Shown: piece by piece, positions 18,982-28,721 of the stretch
Layout: every line of letters starts with the position of its first letter
Position numbering within the stretch: the first letter of the stretch is position 1
NCBI GenBank assembly: GCA_903837135.1
Contig: CAILTK010000030.1
Coordinates: forward strand, 3,599 to 67,598
Length of the DNA stretch: 64,000 nt
Direction: 5' to 3'
Source: an uncultured Caulobacterales bacterium
GTDB taxonomy: Bacteria; Pseudomonadota; Alphaproteobacteria; Caulobacterales; Caulobacteraceae
Notes under the pieces: generated by a model
Told to the model about the DNA's origin: nothing
What the model saw: the letters and a program-made list of their open reading frames with translations, nothing else
Databases searched by the model: none
Made by a program: the position numbers and the translations under genes

Positions 18982-19419
18982 ATGGCCGGAATGTCGCTTG
19001 AAGACGTCGCTAAAGCCCTGAAGGACATCGATTTCGTCCTGCTCAACACGGTGACCGACAACGGGCGGATCGCCGGCCGGCCGATGAGCAACAACCGCGA
19101 CGTCGAGTACGACGGCGACAGCTGGTTCTTCATCGACCAGTCCTCCCGGACCTACGGCGACGTCCGCCGCGACCCGCAGGTCACCCTCTCGGTGCAGGGC
19201 TCCAAGGGCCTGCTCGGCAAACCGCCCCTGTTCCTGTCGATCGAGGGACAGGCCGAGGTGATCCTCGATCAGGCGACCTTCGCCGAACACTGGACGCCCG
19301 AACTCAAGCGGTGGTGGCCGGAGGGACCGCAGTCGCCGGGCCTGGCGATGCTGAAGGTGCACGCCCAGCGCATCCACTATTGGGACGGCGAGGACGAGGG
19401 CGAGGTTCCCTTGCGCTAG
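18982..19419 (+). CDS. pyridoxamine 5'-phosphate oxidase-like protein (general stress protein 26 family)
   Basis: ORF 18967..19419. Start placed at MAGMSLEDV after GAGG. Sequence (RIAGRPMS...WFFIDQSS...DPQVTLS) resembles the Pyrid_ox_like / GSP26 family. Confidence 0.85.
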   Translation: MAGMSLEDVAKALKDIDFVLLNTVTDNGRIAGRPMSNNRDVEYDGDSWFFIDQSSRTYGDVRRDPQVTLSVQGSKGLLGKPPLFLSIEGQAEVILDQATFAEHWTPELKRWWPEGPQSPGLAMLKVHAQRIHYWDGEDEGEVPLR

Positions 19420-20351
19420 CCCACAAAGCCGGCCGCGCGTCTCAGCCGGTCGTTGATCGCCTCGCCGAGGCCACGGTCCGGGATCGGCGAAACGGCGATG
19501 GCGACGGGGTTCAGGCGGTCGGCGGCGCGCAGGTAGGTGAACAGGTTCGCCGCCGCCTCGCGCAGATCTCCGCCAGGGCTGAGGTTGAAAGCGAGCGGGC
19601 CTTGCGCGCGGACCCCGAAGGTCAGCCAGGCTTCGCCGCCGCGCGGCGCATCGGCCTCCAGACGCACCGGCGCGTCCGGGGCGTAATGCAGCGCCAGCCG
19701 CCCGGGCGAGCGGTGCGCGTCGTCGGCGGCCGCGGCCAGCGGGCCGATCCGGGCCTCGATCGCCGACCGCTCCAGGCCGCCCGGACGCAGCAGGCGCGCC
19801 GCGCCGCCGCCGACGCCGATCACGGTGGATTCCAGGCCCACGGCGCACGGACCGCCGTCGAGCGCCACGGCGGCGAACCGACCGGTCTCCTCCATGGCGT
19901 CGGCGACATTGGTGGGGCTCGGCCGGCCGGAGCGGTTGGCGGAGGGGGCGCAGACCGGCCGGCCGAAGGCGGCGATCACCGCCTGGGCCACGGGATGCGC
20001 CGGCGCGCGCAGGGCGACGGTGTCCAGACCCGCACGGGCCAGATCGCATACCGCATCGCCGCCGCCGGGTACGACCAGGGTCAGGGGCCCCGGCCAGAAG
20101 GCGTCCGCCAGCGTCGCGGCGAGGGGCGGCAAGGGCGCGACCCGCTCGGCCATGGCCCGGTCCGTCACGTGCGCGATCAGCGGATTGAAGCGCGGCCGGC
20201 CCTTGGCCTCGTAGATGCGCGCGATGGCCTCCGCGTCGGCGGCGTCGGCGGCGAGGCCGTACACCGTCTCGGTCGGCAGGATGACGAGTGCGCCGGCCTC
20301 GAGCGCCGCGACGGCGCCCCGGACCGCGTCGCTCAAGGCTGCGTCGTTCAA
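19416..20351 (-). CDS. tsaC: L-threonylcarbamoyladenylate synthase (Sua5/YwlC type, two-domain)
   Basis: 311-aa ORF. LPTETVYGLAADA, KGRPRFNPLIAHV and a C-terminal Sua5 domain. Confidence 0.9.
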   Translation of the reverse strand: MNDAALSDAVRGAVAALEAGALVILPTETVYGLAADAADAEAIARIYEAKGRPRFNPLIAHVTDRAMAERVAPLPPLAATLADAFWPGPLTLVVPGGGDAVCDLARAGLDTVALRAPAHPVAQAVIAAFGRPVCAPSANRSGRPSPTNVADAMEETGRFAAVALDGGPCAVGLESTVIGVGGGAARLLRPGGLERSAIEARIGPLAAAADDAHRSPGRLALHYAPDAPVRLEADAPRGGEAWLTFGVRAQGPLAFNLSPGGDLREAAANLFTYLRAADRLNPVAIAVSPIPDRGLGEAINDRLRRAAGFVG

Positions 20352-20361
20352 GCGAGGTCGC

Positions 20362-20997
20362 TCAATGGGCCTTGTGGGCGGTGAGCTTGACCGACACCGT
20401 CACCTGCGGCGCAACGGTCTCGGGGCCGCCGGCCTGGCCATGGCCGACGCCGAAGTCCATCCGGTTCACGGTCGTCGCGCCCTCCATCTTGGCCGCGTCC
20501 TTGATGAAGGTCAGGGTGAAGGGCAGGGTGATGGGGCGCTTGACGCCGTGCAGGCTGAGCGTGCCGGCGGCGAGGAAGTGGTCGGGGCCGGTCTGGGTGA
20601 TGGCGCTGGTCTCGAACACCGACTTGCCGAACTTGCCGACGTCGAACCAGTCGCCGGTCGGCAGCATCTGGTCGCGGGTCGGGTCGCCGGTGATCACCGA
20701 GGCCATCACCACGGTGACCATGGCGTGCGACGCCTTCAGGTTCTTGGGTTCGAAGGCGATCTGCGCGTCCCAGGTCTTGAACACGCCGTCGAAGGCCTGG
20801 CCGTTGGCGCTGGCCCGGAAGGTGAGCCGCGACTCCGCCTTGTCCACCGTCCACACCGGGGCCGCCGGCGGGACGCTGGCCGCGACCGCCTTGTGCGGCG
20901 GTTTGGGCGCCTGCGCGGCGTCGACGCCAGGGGCTGTCGCCAGGATCGTCGACAGGGCGATCGCCGCGGCCGCGGCCGCGATCAGGGATCTACGCAT
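20362..20997 (-). CDS. YceI-family periplasmic protein
   Basis: 211-aa ORF with a signal peptide. YceI-like pattern (SRLTFRAS..., LSLHGVKRPITLPF). Confidence 0.85.
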   Translation of the reverse strand: MRRSLIAAAAAAIALSTILATAPGVDAAQAPKPPHKAVAASVPPAAPVWTVDKAESRLTFRASANGQAFDGVFKTWDAQIAFEPKNLKASHAMVTVVMASVITGDPTRDQMLPTGDWFDVGKFGKSVFETSAITQTGPDHFLAAGTLSLHGVKRPITLPFTLTFIKDAAKMEGATTVNRMDFGVGHGQAGGPETVAPQVTVSVKLTAHKAH

Positions 20998-21580
20998 GGG
21001 AACGCGCTCCTCGCGCCAGAAAGGGAGCCATGCGGCCGATGACCGTATCGCGGTCGATCAGCCAATGCTTCAGCGCCGCGCCCACGTGCAGGACGATCAG
21101 GGCGTAGGCGAGCCAGGCCAGAAGGCCGTGGCCGGTCTCGCCCCAATGGCTCCAGGCCTTGCGCGCGTCCGGGGCCAGGGCGTGGATGAACCCGAGGTGG
21201 GGCCAGGGAACCAGGCCGTAGAGCACGGTCGGCAGGCTTCGCATCGAGGCCGAGACCATGATCCAGCCGGTCAGCGGCATGGCGAGCATGATCAGATAGA
21301 AGCCCCAGTGCACGACCTGCGAGGCCAGGCGCTCCCACGGCGTCAGGGTCGAAACGGCCGCCGGCGGCGGATTGACCAGGCGCCACACGAGCCGGAGCAC
21401 GCTCAGCAAAAGAACCGTGATCCCGACCGACTTGTGCAGCTGGATCAGCTTGAACCAGGTCAGTCCCTGGGGCGTGACCTTGAAGGTCCAGGCCAGACCG
21501 ATGTTGGCGAGAATCAGCGCCGCGATCAGCCAGTGCAGGGCGATGGCGACGGCGGAATAGCGGGAGACTGGTCGAGCCAA
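20990..21580 (-). CDS. cytochrome b561 family protein
   Basis: 196-aa ORF. AIALHWLIAALIL..., four TM segments and conserved His positions. Overlaps the downstream yceI start by 8 nt. Confidence 0.85.
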   Translation of the reverse strand: MARPVSRYSAVAIALHWLIAALILANIGLAWTFKVTPQGLTWFKLIQLHKSVGITVLLLSVLRLVWRLVNPPPAAVSTLTPWERLASQVVHWGFYLIMLAMPLTGWIMVSASMRSLPTVLYGLVPWPHLGFIHALAPDARKAWSHWGETGHGLLAWLAYALIVLHVGAALKHWLIDRDTVIGRMAPFLARGARSHA

Positions 21581-21655
21581 GGGCGCCCCTTCTTCGGTGA
21601 TCGGCCGGCGGACCCAGGTCCAGGCCCGCCGGTCCGCGCCGATGCCACAGCATGA

Positions 21656-21681
21656 CGGCGCGGGATGACGTGGTCCCGCGC
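21656..21681 (-). terminator. 9-bp GC stem-loop after the upstream yceI paralog (no U tract)
   Basis: GGCGCGGGA (21656-21664) and TCCCGCGCC (21673-21681), lying between the yceI stop (21729) and the cytochrome b561 start (21580). Confidence 0.35.
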
Positions 21682-21728
21682 CCCCGGCTCACAAAACGGC
21701 AAGCTTCGCCAGCGGGGGCCGGACCTGG

Positions 21729-22343
21729 TTACTGCTTGACGAACTCCACCTCGACCAGAAGGGTGATCTCGTCGCCGACGACCGGGATGTAGCTCGTGGC
21801 CCCGAAGTCCGAGCGCTTGAACATGGCTTCACCGGAAAAGCCCATCCGCTGCTGCTTCATCATTTCGACGAAGCCGCGGTAGGTGACGTGCAGGGTGACC
21901 GGCTTCTTCACGCCGTGGAAATCGAGCACGCCCTCGACCTCGCCGCGATCGCCGGCGCCCTGGATGATCCGGGTCGAGGTGAAGGTGATGGTCGGAAACT
22001 TGCCGGCGTCGAGGAATTTGTCGGCGATCTCTTCGTTGAACTTGGGATCGGCGGTGTCGACCGACTTGGGATCGATGGTCACGCTGATCTGGGTCGCCGT
22101 CGGGTGGGTCGGATCGTAGGTGTAGCTGCCGGCGATGGTGTCGAAGCGCATGGTGTAGTGCGACAGGCCCATGTGGGCGAGCTTCACCGTCGCCGAGGCG
22201 TGGCGGGGGTCGAGCTTGTAGACGCCCGCCGGCGCCGCCTTGGGATCCTTGAGCACATTGGGCGCGGGCATCTGCGCGAAGGCGGCTGAACCGCCCAGGA
22301 GGGCGATGCCGGCGGCGAAGGCGGCGAGGCGGCGGACGATCAT
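21729..22343 (-). CDS. YceI-family periplasmic protein (paralog)
   Basis: 204-aa ORF with a signal peptide. YKLDPRHASATVKLAHMGLSHYTMRF and GVLDFHGVKKPVTL are YceI-like. Confidence 0.85.
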   Translation of the reverse strand: MIVRRLAAFAAGIALLGGSAAFAQMPAPNVLKDPKAAPAGVYKLDPRHASATVKLAHMGLSHYTMRFDTIAGSYTYDPTHPTATQISVTIDPKSVDTADPKFNEEIADKFLDAGKFPTITFTSTRIIQGAGDRGEVEGVLDFHGVKKPVTLHVTYRGFVEMMKQQRMGFSGEAMFKRSDFGATSYIPVVGDEITLLVEVEFVKQ

Positions 22344-22402
22344 GGAAGGTTCCTAACTGTAGTTGTCGGAGTTGCTGATTGTCCCCCGGCCGACGACTGC
22401 GG

Positions 22403-22624
22403 TCAAGTTGCGGATGAACGATCCACCTCAGCTTCCGCGTGCTCGATCACCTGGCGCGCGCGCCAGGCGTCGCGATCCTCGACCATCAGCCGATGCGGAA
22501 TGGCCCCGGGCCAGAGCGCGCCGGCGGCGCTGTCGAAGGCGAAGCTCTCGATGCCCGCCTCGGCGAGGGCGGAGCGGAGGTAGCCGAGCCGGACCGGATC
22601 GGCGGTCTTGGCCACCTCCACCAC
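22403..22624 (-). CDS. small DUF2007-like protein
   Basis: 73-aa ORF with compact alpha/beta-looking sequence, 4 nt downstream of the peroxiredoxin gene. The family assignment is from memory. Confidence 0.55.
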   Translation of the reverse strand: MVEVAKTADPVRLGYLRSALAEAGIESFAFDSAAGALWPGAIPHRLMVEDRDAWRARQVIEHAEAEVDRSSAT

Positions 22625-22628
22625 GGCG

Positions 22629-23111
22629 TCAGACCTGCGCGAGCGTGTAGTCGGCGGCCGAGACCTTGAATTCCCCGCCTTCCTCGACGTTCAGCGTCAC
22701 GACCTTTCCGTCGTCGACGATCATGGAATACCGCTGCGAGCGCGGGCCCATGCCGAACTTGGAGCCGTCCAGCTCCAGGCCGATCGCCTTGGTGAAGTCG
22801 CCGTTGCCGTCGGCCAGCAAGAGGACCTTGTCGCCGATGTTCTGGTCCTTGGCCCAGGCCCCCATCACGAAGACGTCGTTCACCGAGACGCAGGCGATGG
22901 TGTCGACGCCCTTGGCCTTGAAGTCCTCGGCATGGTCGCGATAGCCGGGCAGGTGCTTGGCCGAGCAGGTGGGGGTAAAGGCGCCCGGCACCGCGAACAG
23001 CGCCACCTTCTTGCCCTTGAACACCTCGTCGGAGGTGATCGGCCGGGGGCCGTCGGGCGTCATGGTCATGAACTGGGCGGCGGGCAGGCTGTCGCCGACG
23101 GCGATGGTCAT
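22629..23111 (-). CDS. peroxiredoxin (Prx5-like atypical 2-Cys)
   Basis: C-terminal 160 aa of ORF 22629..23552. Start at MTIAVGD (cat at 23109-23111). Active-site motif PGAFTPTCS. Confidence 0.9.
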   Translation of the reverse strand: MTIAVGDSLPAAQFMTMTPDGPRPITSDEVFKGKKVALFAVPGAFTPTCSAKHLPGYRDHAEDFKAKGVDTIACVSVNDVFVMGAWAKDQNIGDKVLLLADGNGDFTKAIGLELDGSKFGMGPRSQRYSMIVDDGKVVTLNVEEGGEFKVSAADYTLAQV

Positions 23112-23250
23112 GGGGCGGGCTCCGGCGTTGTGGCGGTGCGGCGGGCTGCCGCAGGCCTCGCGAATAAAGGCGCTGAAAAAGCGATGCGCAAGCCGCCTCG
23201 ATCGAACAACCGTCATGACGCCGCCGCGCATCCGCGCTAGAAGGCCGATC

Positions 23251-23859
23251 ATGCCGCTCCGTGACGACGGGATCATGATCAGCGACGACTCGACGCCCGG
23301 CGCCTTTCTGGCCGGGCGGATGCTGATCGCCATGCCGGGCATCGACGATCCGCGCTTCGAGCGGGCGGTGATCCTGATGTGCGCCCACTCGGCCGAGCAC
23401 GCCATGGGCATCGCCGTCAACATGCCGGTCGACGGGCTGACCCTGCCCGACCTGTTCCGGCGCCTGGGGGTCGAAACCACCGCCCGCATGCCCGAGCGGC
23501 CGGTGCTGTCGGGCGGTCCGGTGGAGCGGGAGCGCGGCTTCGTGCTGCACACCGACGACTATGCGGTCCCGGAGTCGACCCTGCACGTGGGCGAGGGCGT
23601 GGCGCTGACGGCGACGCGCGAGGTGCTGGAGGCCATGGCCGACACCCAGCGGCGGCCGCGCTGCTCCACCCTGGCGCTCGGCTGCGCCAACTGGTCGTCG
23701 GGCCAGCTCGAGCGGGAGATCCGCGACAATATCTGGCTGGCCTGCGAGCCGGACGAGGCGCTGATCTTCGACGACGAGCATGACACCAAATGGGAGCGCG
23801 CCCTGGCCAAGATCGGCGTGCGCGCCGAACAGCTGTCGATGCAGGCTGGCCGGGCCTGA
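23251..23859 (+). CDS. YqgE/AlgH-family protein
   Basis: Within ORF 22957..23859; start placed at MPLRDDG (ATG 23251). FLAGRMLIAMPGIDDPRFERAVILMCAHS and GCANWSSGQLEREI are hallmark YqgE/AlgH segments. Confidence 0.85.
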   Translation: MPLRDDGIMISDDSTPGAFLAGRMLIAMPGIDDPRFERAVILMCAHSAEHAMGIAVNMPVDGLTLPDLFRRLGVETTARMPERPVLSGGPVERERGFVLHTDDYAVPESTLHVGEGVALTATREVLEAMADTQRRPRCSTLALGCANWSSGQLEREIRDNIWLACEPDEALIFDDEHDTKWERALAKIGVRAEQLSMQAGRA

Positions 23860-24003
23860 ACACCGCGGGCGAGCCTCGCGCATCACAAAACCATCACTGT
23901 TCCGTCGCTGAATCCTGACCTGGGCGTCGTCAAAGCTAAGCGCAGGACGCCTATTAGCCCCGCCTCATAAGCGAAGCCGGCAAGGCCGCTCAGGGGTATC
24001 GCC

Positions 24004-26415
24004 ATGATCAGATCCGTCACCGGAGCGGCGCGCGCCGCCCTGTTCAGCAGTTCGGCCCTCTTCCTGATGGCGGGCGCCGCGGCGGCCCAGCAGACCCCGC
24101 CTCCCGCGGGCGGCTCGGACGAAGTGGTGGTGACGGCGGCCAGGACCACGCGCTCGGCCGTGACGCTCAGCGGCGGCGAGATTCAGAAGATCCTGCCCGG
24201 CGCCAACCCCCTGAAGTCGATCGAGACCCTTCCGGGCGTGGTGTTCCAGACCGCCGACCCGTGGGGCGTCGACGAACAAAACGAACAGGTCTTCGTCCAC
24301 GGCTTTTCCACCCAGCAGCTCGGCTACACCTTCGACCTTGTGCCGCTCGGCGACCAGCAGTACGGCGGCTACAACGGGCTCAGCCCCGCCCGGGCGGTGA
24401 TCAGCGAAAACGTCGGGCGGGTCGAACTGTCGTCCGGCGCCGGCGCCCTCGGCACCGCCTCGACCAGCAACCTCGGCGGCGTGATCGAGACCTTCTCGCG
24501 CGACCCCTCGCGCCAGTTCGGCGCCGACATCCGCGAAACCCTGGGCAGCTATGACACCACCCGCACCTTCGTGCGGCTGGACACCGGCGAGGTCCTCGGC
24601 GGCGAGGGCTACATCGCCTACGTCCACCAGGACCAGCGCGCCTGGGACTTCGACGGACATCAGACCCAGGATCAGGTCAACGCCAAGTACGTGCACGAGG
24701 ACGCGCATGGCAAGTTCACCGCCTACCTCGACTATTCGACCAAGACCTTCCCCAACGAGGACGCGACCAGCTTCGGCAATCAGCAGACCACGGCGGCGCA
24801 AGGCTTCATCCCCTACACCCGGCCCTACCTCTACCCGAACAGCTCCGCAGTCGGGACCTATTACACCCTCGGCACGCCGCCGGCGGCCCAGGGCAACAAC
24901 TTCTCCAACTATTTCTCGGCGGAACAGCGCGAGGATATCCTCGGCTACGCCAAGTACGACTATCGTTTCAACGACAGCCTCACCTGGTCGAACCAGGCCT
25001 ATTACCATTACGACTACGGTCGCGGCATCGTCGCCGGCCCGGTCAACAACGCCGGCCTGCCGGCCCTGTTCGCCACCTACTATCCCGGCCTGGTGGTCGG
25101 CGGCTCGGCGACGTCGGCCGGCAGCCTGGCCAACATCATCAACGTGTTCGGCGGATCGGGCCTCGAGGTCCGCACCACCGAATACCACATCAACCGCTGG
25201 GGCGAGCTCTCGACTCTGAACTGGCGGCTCGGCCAGCACAGCATCGAACTCGGCCTCTGGTACGAGCACAACGACGAGGGCCAGCACCGGGTCTGGTATC
25301 CCTTCTCCAGCGCCAACCACGACACCAGCCCCTACGACACGCCCAAGGGGCCGGCCGCCTTCACCCAGGACGCGGTCGACTTCTCGGTCGACGACGCCGT
25401 CATCCACCTGCAGGATCAGTGGCGCATCCTGCCCACCCTGCTGGTCCAGGCCGGGTTCAAGTCGACCTTGCAGACCGCGACCGGCACGGTGAAGATCCAG
25501 CAGATCGAAGCGGCGCCGAACGGCTTCCCCTCGGGCACGATCGTCTCCAACGACGGCTTCCTGCCGCAGGCCGGCGGCGTGTGGGACTTCACCTCGCACG
25601 AACAGCTGTTCTTCAACGTGCAGAAGAACCTGCGCCAGTTCATCCCCTACAGCCAGGGCGGCAACTTCTACGGCACGTCGCCCTGGAACCTCGGCAACCA
25701 GGCGGCCTTCAACCTGTTCAAGTCGACGGTGCATCCCGAGACGTCATGGACCTACGAGGTCGGGGTGCGCACCAAGCGGACGCTCGATCTCGGCGTGCTG
25801 ACCGGCTTCGAGGGACAGGCCAACTACTACCACGTGGACTTCTCGAACCGGATCCTGAACATCGCGCCGTACAACTTCATCAACCCGGCGCCGTCGATCC
25901 TGGTGAACGTGGGCGGGGTGACGACCGACGGCGTGGACATCGAGGGCACGCTGCACTTCGGACGGCATTTCAGCCTCTACAACGCCCTGTCCTACAACAA
26001 CTCGACCTATGATCAGAACTACAACAGCGGCATCTCCAACGGCCAGCCGGTGGTGGTGAAGATCGGCGGCGAGCACGTGCCGGGCGAGCCGAACTGGCTC
26101 AACAAGACCATCCTGTCGACCAACTTCGGGCCGTTCGAGGCGCAGATCAACGGCGACTACATGGGCCGGCGCTACGCCACCTACCTCAACGACCGCTCCA
26201 TCCCCACCGTTTTCCTGGTGGGCCTCGAGGCCAGCTACCGCTTCGATAGCCTGCCGGTGAACTGGGTGCGCTCGGCCAAGCTCAGCGTGAACGCCACCAA
26301 CCTCGCCGACAAGAAGGGCATTTCCACGCTGGTGATCACCAGCGCGACCGGGGGCTATCAGGGCTACCCGATCGCGCCGCGCATGGTGTTCGTGACCCTG
26401 CAGGCCGGGTTCTAG
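24004..26415 (+). CDS. TonB-dependent receptor
   Basis: 803-aa ORF with a signal peptide, a plug (VVVTAARTTRS...), a long beta-barrel and a C-terminal ...FVTLQAGF. Confidence 0.9.
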   Translation: MIRSVTGAARAALFSSSALFLMAGAAAAQQTPPPAGGSDEVVVTAARTTRSAVTLSGGEIQKILPGANPLKSIETLPGVVFQTADPWGVDEQNEQVFVHGFSTQQLGYTFDLVPLGDQQYGGYNGLSPARAVISENVGRVELSSGAGALGTASTSNLGGVIETFSRDPSRQFGADIRETLGSYDTTRTFVRLDTGEVLGGEGYIAYVHQDQRAWDFDGHQTQDQVNAKYVHEDAHGKFTAYLDYSTKTFPNEDATSFGNQQTTAAQGFIPYTRPYLYPNSSAVGTYYTLGTPPAAQGNNFSNYFSAEQREDILGYAKYDYRFNDSLTWSNQAYYHYDYGRGIVAGPVNNAGLPALFATYYPGLVVGGSATSAGSLANIINVFGGSGLEVRTTEYHINRWGELSTLNWRLGQHSIELGLWYEHNDEGQHRVWYPFSSANHDTSPYDTPKGPAAFTQDAVDFSVDDAVIHLQDQWRILPTLLVQAGFKSTLQTATGTVKIQQIEAAPNGFPSGTIVSNDGFLPQAGGVWDFTSHEQLFFNVQKNLRQFIPYSQGGNFYGTSPWNLGNQAAFNLFKSTVHPETSWTYEVGVRTKRTLDLGVLTGFEGQANYYHVDFSNRILNIAPYNFINPAPSILVNVGGVTTDGVDIEGTLHFGRHFSLYNALSYNNSTYDQNYNSGISNGQPVVVKIGGEHVPGEPNWLNKTILSTNFGPFEAQINGDYMGRRYATYLNDRSIPTVFLVGLEASYRFDSLPVNWVRSAKLSVNATNLADKKGISTLVITSATGGYQGYPIAPRMVFVTLQAGF

Positions 26416-26422
26416 GTCGGCG

Positions 26423-28102
26423 TCAGGCGCTCTGGCGGATCGGGGCGCCGTCGAGGTAGCTTTCGTTGAGGTAGACCTCGGCCTCGCGGGCGTCGAGCGC
26501 CGGAGCATAGCCGAAGCCCTGGCCGTAGTGACAGCCGAGCGCCGCCAGCCTTCGGGCCACCGCGACGGTCTCCACGCCCTCGGCCACCACCTCCAGGCCC
26601 AGGTCCCGGCCCAGGGAGGCGACCGAGCGGACGATCTTCTCCGACCCTTCGTTCTCGCCCATGGTGCGGACGAAATAGCGGTCGATCTTCAGGGTCTCGA
26701 ACGGCAGCCGGGTCAGGTAGGCCAGCGAGGAGAAGCCGGTCCCGAAATCGTCGAGCGAAATCCCGGCCCCCGCCTCGCGCAGGGCCTTCAGCGTGCCCGC
26801 CGCCCGCTCGGGGTCGCGCATGATGTCGCTTTCGGTCACCTCGATCTTCAGCGTGCGCGGCGGCAGGCGGTGGCGGCGCACCAGCTCGGCGACGAACTCC
26901 ACCAGCCGTTCGTCCTCGATCTCGCCGGTGGTCAGGTTCACGGCGACGAACAGTTCGCCGGCGTCGGGGTGGGCCGAGCGCCAGGCGGCGATCTGCGCCG
27001 CGGAGGTCTGGAGGATGTGGCGCCCAAGCGCGCCCATCTGCCCCGCGTCGGCGATCAACGGCAGGAAGTCGTCCGGCATGATCAGGCCCCGCCGGGGATG
27101 CTTCCAGCGGGCCAGGGCTTCGAATCCGGCCAGCTGTCCGGTCTCCAGATGCGCGATGGGCTGGAAGAAGGGGACGATCTCGCCGCGCGCCAGCGCGCCG
27201 TGCAGATCGGCTTCGAGCGCCAGGCGCGAGAGGCCGTCGCCGCCCGGCGGCTTGGCGACGCTGAGGGTCTTGCCCGCGCTCTTGGCGGTCTGCAGGGCCA
27301 CCGACGCGCGGCGGACCAGGTCGTGGGCGTCCACCTCGCTGGCGCCGTCGGCCCGGGCGGCGCCGATCCACAGGGAGGGGTGGATGTCGACGCCGCGGAT
27401 CGAGAGCGGCGCCTCCAGCGCGGCGCGGATGGCGGGCAGGGCGTCCGGGGCGCCCGTATCCTCGAGGATGAATCCGAACTCGTCCTCGCCGAGCCGGGCG
27501 GGCGCGGACTCCGGCGGCACCATGCCGGACAGGCGCGCGCCGAGCACGCGCAGCACGAGGTCGGCCCGCTCGGGACCCAGCCCCTCGTTGAGCCGGCGCA
27601 GGCGGGCCAGGTCGGCGGCGACGAGGCGAAGGGACCCGGGCGCGAGCAGGCGCTGCTCCACGCGGCGCAGGAAGCTCGATCGGTCGAGCAGGCCGGTGAG
27701 GGCGTCGAGCGTGTCGGCGACGGCGACGGCCGGGACGATCACGCCGGTGGCGCACATCTCGCCCTCCAGCCAGTCGCCGCGCCAGACGGCGGTCGCTCCG
27801 CTGAGGAGGCGCACGGTCGCCTGCGGCGCCCCGGCGCCCGGCGTGAGCAGGGCCGATACGCCCGCGCGGTCGGCGTCTTCGGTCATGGCCAACAGAGCGG
27901 CGCGGCCGCAATGAGGGGCGAGGGGCTGCAGGCCGAGGGCGCGCAGGTCTCCCAGCAGGTCGAGCCGATCGTCGCCGGCGTCATAGCGCCACAAGGCGGC
28001 GCCGGCGCCGCCGAGGGCCTCGAGCAGAGCCGTCGTGTTCGCCCAGCCGTACGGAACGGCGCTCGCCATGCTTTTCCTCGCCGGCGGAGGAGTCGGGCGC
28101 AT
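26423..28102 (-). CDS. signalling protein with sensor domain, degenerate GGDEF (GEDEF) and EAL domain
   Basis: ORF 26423..28156. A-site reads RLGEDEFGF. EAL hallmarks are present (FFQPI, GFEALARW, DDFGTGFSSL, EGVET, GQGFGY). Start chosen at the ATG overlapping the upstream GNAT stop; MASAVPYG at 28069 is an alternative. Confidence 0.85.
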   Translation of the reverse strand: MRPTPPPARKSMASAVPYGWANTTALLEALGGAGAALWRYDAGDDRLDLLGDLRALGLQPLAPHCGRAALLAMTEDADRAGVSALLTPGAGAPQATVRLLSGATAVWRGDWLEGEMCATGVIVPAVAVADTLDALTGLLDRSSFLRRVEQRLLAPGSLRLVAADLARLRRLNEGLGPERADLVLRVLGARLSGMVPPESAPARLGEDEFGFILEDTGAPDALPAIRAALEAPLSIRGVDIHPSLWIGAARADGASEVDAHDLVRRASVALQTAKSAGKTLSVAKPPGGDGLSRLALEADLHGALARGEIVPFFQPIAHLETGQLAGFEALARWKHPRRGLIMPDDFLPLIADAGQMGALGRHILQTSAAQIAAWRSAHPDAGELFVAVNLTTGEIEDERLVEFVAELVRRHRLPPRTLKIEVTESDIMRDPERAAGTLKALREAGAGISLDDFGTGFSSLAYLTRLPFETLKIDRYFVRTMGENEGSEKIVRSVASLGRDLGLEVVAEGVETVAVARRLAALGCHYGQGFGYAPALDAREAEVYLNESYLDGAPIRQSA

Positions 28103-28689
28103 CAACGCCCGGCAGGCTCGTCCGCGATCAGCCCAAACAGGAGATGATCTCGCCATTTCCCGTTAATTTTCAAATAACCGCGCGCGAGCCCCTCCTCGTG
28201 GAAGCCGACCTTGAGCAGCAAAAGGCGCGAGGCGTCGTTATCGGTGCAGCAGGCCGCCTCCACCCGATGCAGGCCGAGCGTGCGGAAGGCGAAGCGGGTC
28301 ACGACCTGAACGCCGGCGGAAACATGGCCCTGCCGGGCGTATGGCTGACCGACCCAGTAGCCGATCTGGGCCGACTGGGCGACGCCGCGCATGACGTTGC
28401 GCAGGTTCACGCCGCCGACCAGGGCGCCGTCCTCCTGCCGGAACACGAAGAAGGCGTGTCCTTGCGCGAGGTCGCGGTCCCGGGCGTAGAGGGCCAGCCG
28501 CCGCCGGAAGGCCGAGCGGGTCAGGTCGTCGGACGGCCAGGTGGGCTCCCACGGCTGCAGAAAGGCGCGCGACGCCTCCCTGAGCTCGACCCACTCGCGG
28601 TAATCGCTCATGCGCGGCGGACGCAGCCGCACACCGTCGCCCTCCAGCGCCGTTCGATCGTCCATCCCCATCCAGCTCAGGACCGCCAT
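28102..28689 (-). CDS. GNAT-family N-acetyltransferase (RimJ/RimL-like)
   Basis: 195-aa ORF. LRPPRMSDYREW..., IGYWVGQPYARQGH and LHRVEAACCTDNDASRLLLLKVGF are typical RimJ-like segments. Confidence 0.8.
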   Translation of the reverse strand: MAVLSWMGMDDRTALEGDGVRLRPPRMSDYREWVELREASRAFLQPWEPTWPSDDLTRSAFRRRLALYARDRDLAQGHAFFVFRQEDGALVGGVNLRNVMRGVAQSAQIGYWVGQPYARQGHVSAGVQVVTRFAFRTLGLHRVEAACCTDNDASRLLLLKVGFHEEGLARGYLKINGKWRDHLLFGLIADEPAGR

Positions 28690-28721
28690 GCGACAGGTTT
28701 AACCGACGAGGCGGGCCGCCG

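Noticed and set aside
18840-19133. N-terminal 98-codon extension of the LspA-like ORF (full track ORF 18543..19133)
   Set aside because: The extension is Arg/Ser/Pro-rich and not LspA-like. It also overlaps the start and candidate promoter of the well-supported divergent GSP26-like gene, so only the C-terminal fragment is reported.
22344-22402. GGAAC upstream of the yceI paralog as another ECF-type promoter
   Set aside because: The GGAAC lies within about 10 nt of the ATG, in the ribosome-binding region, with no CGTT-like -10 at N16-17. The position is incompatible with a promoter.
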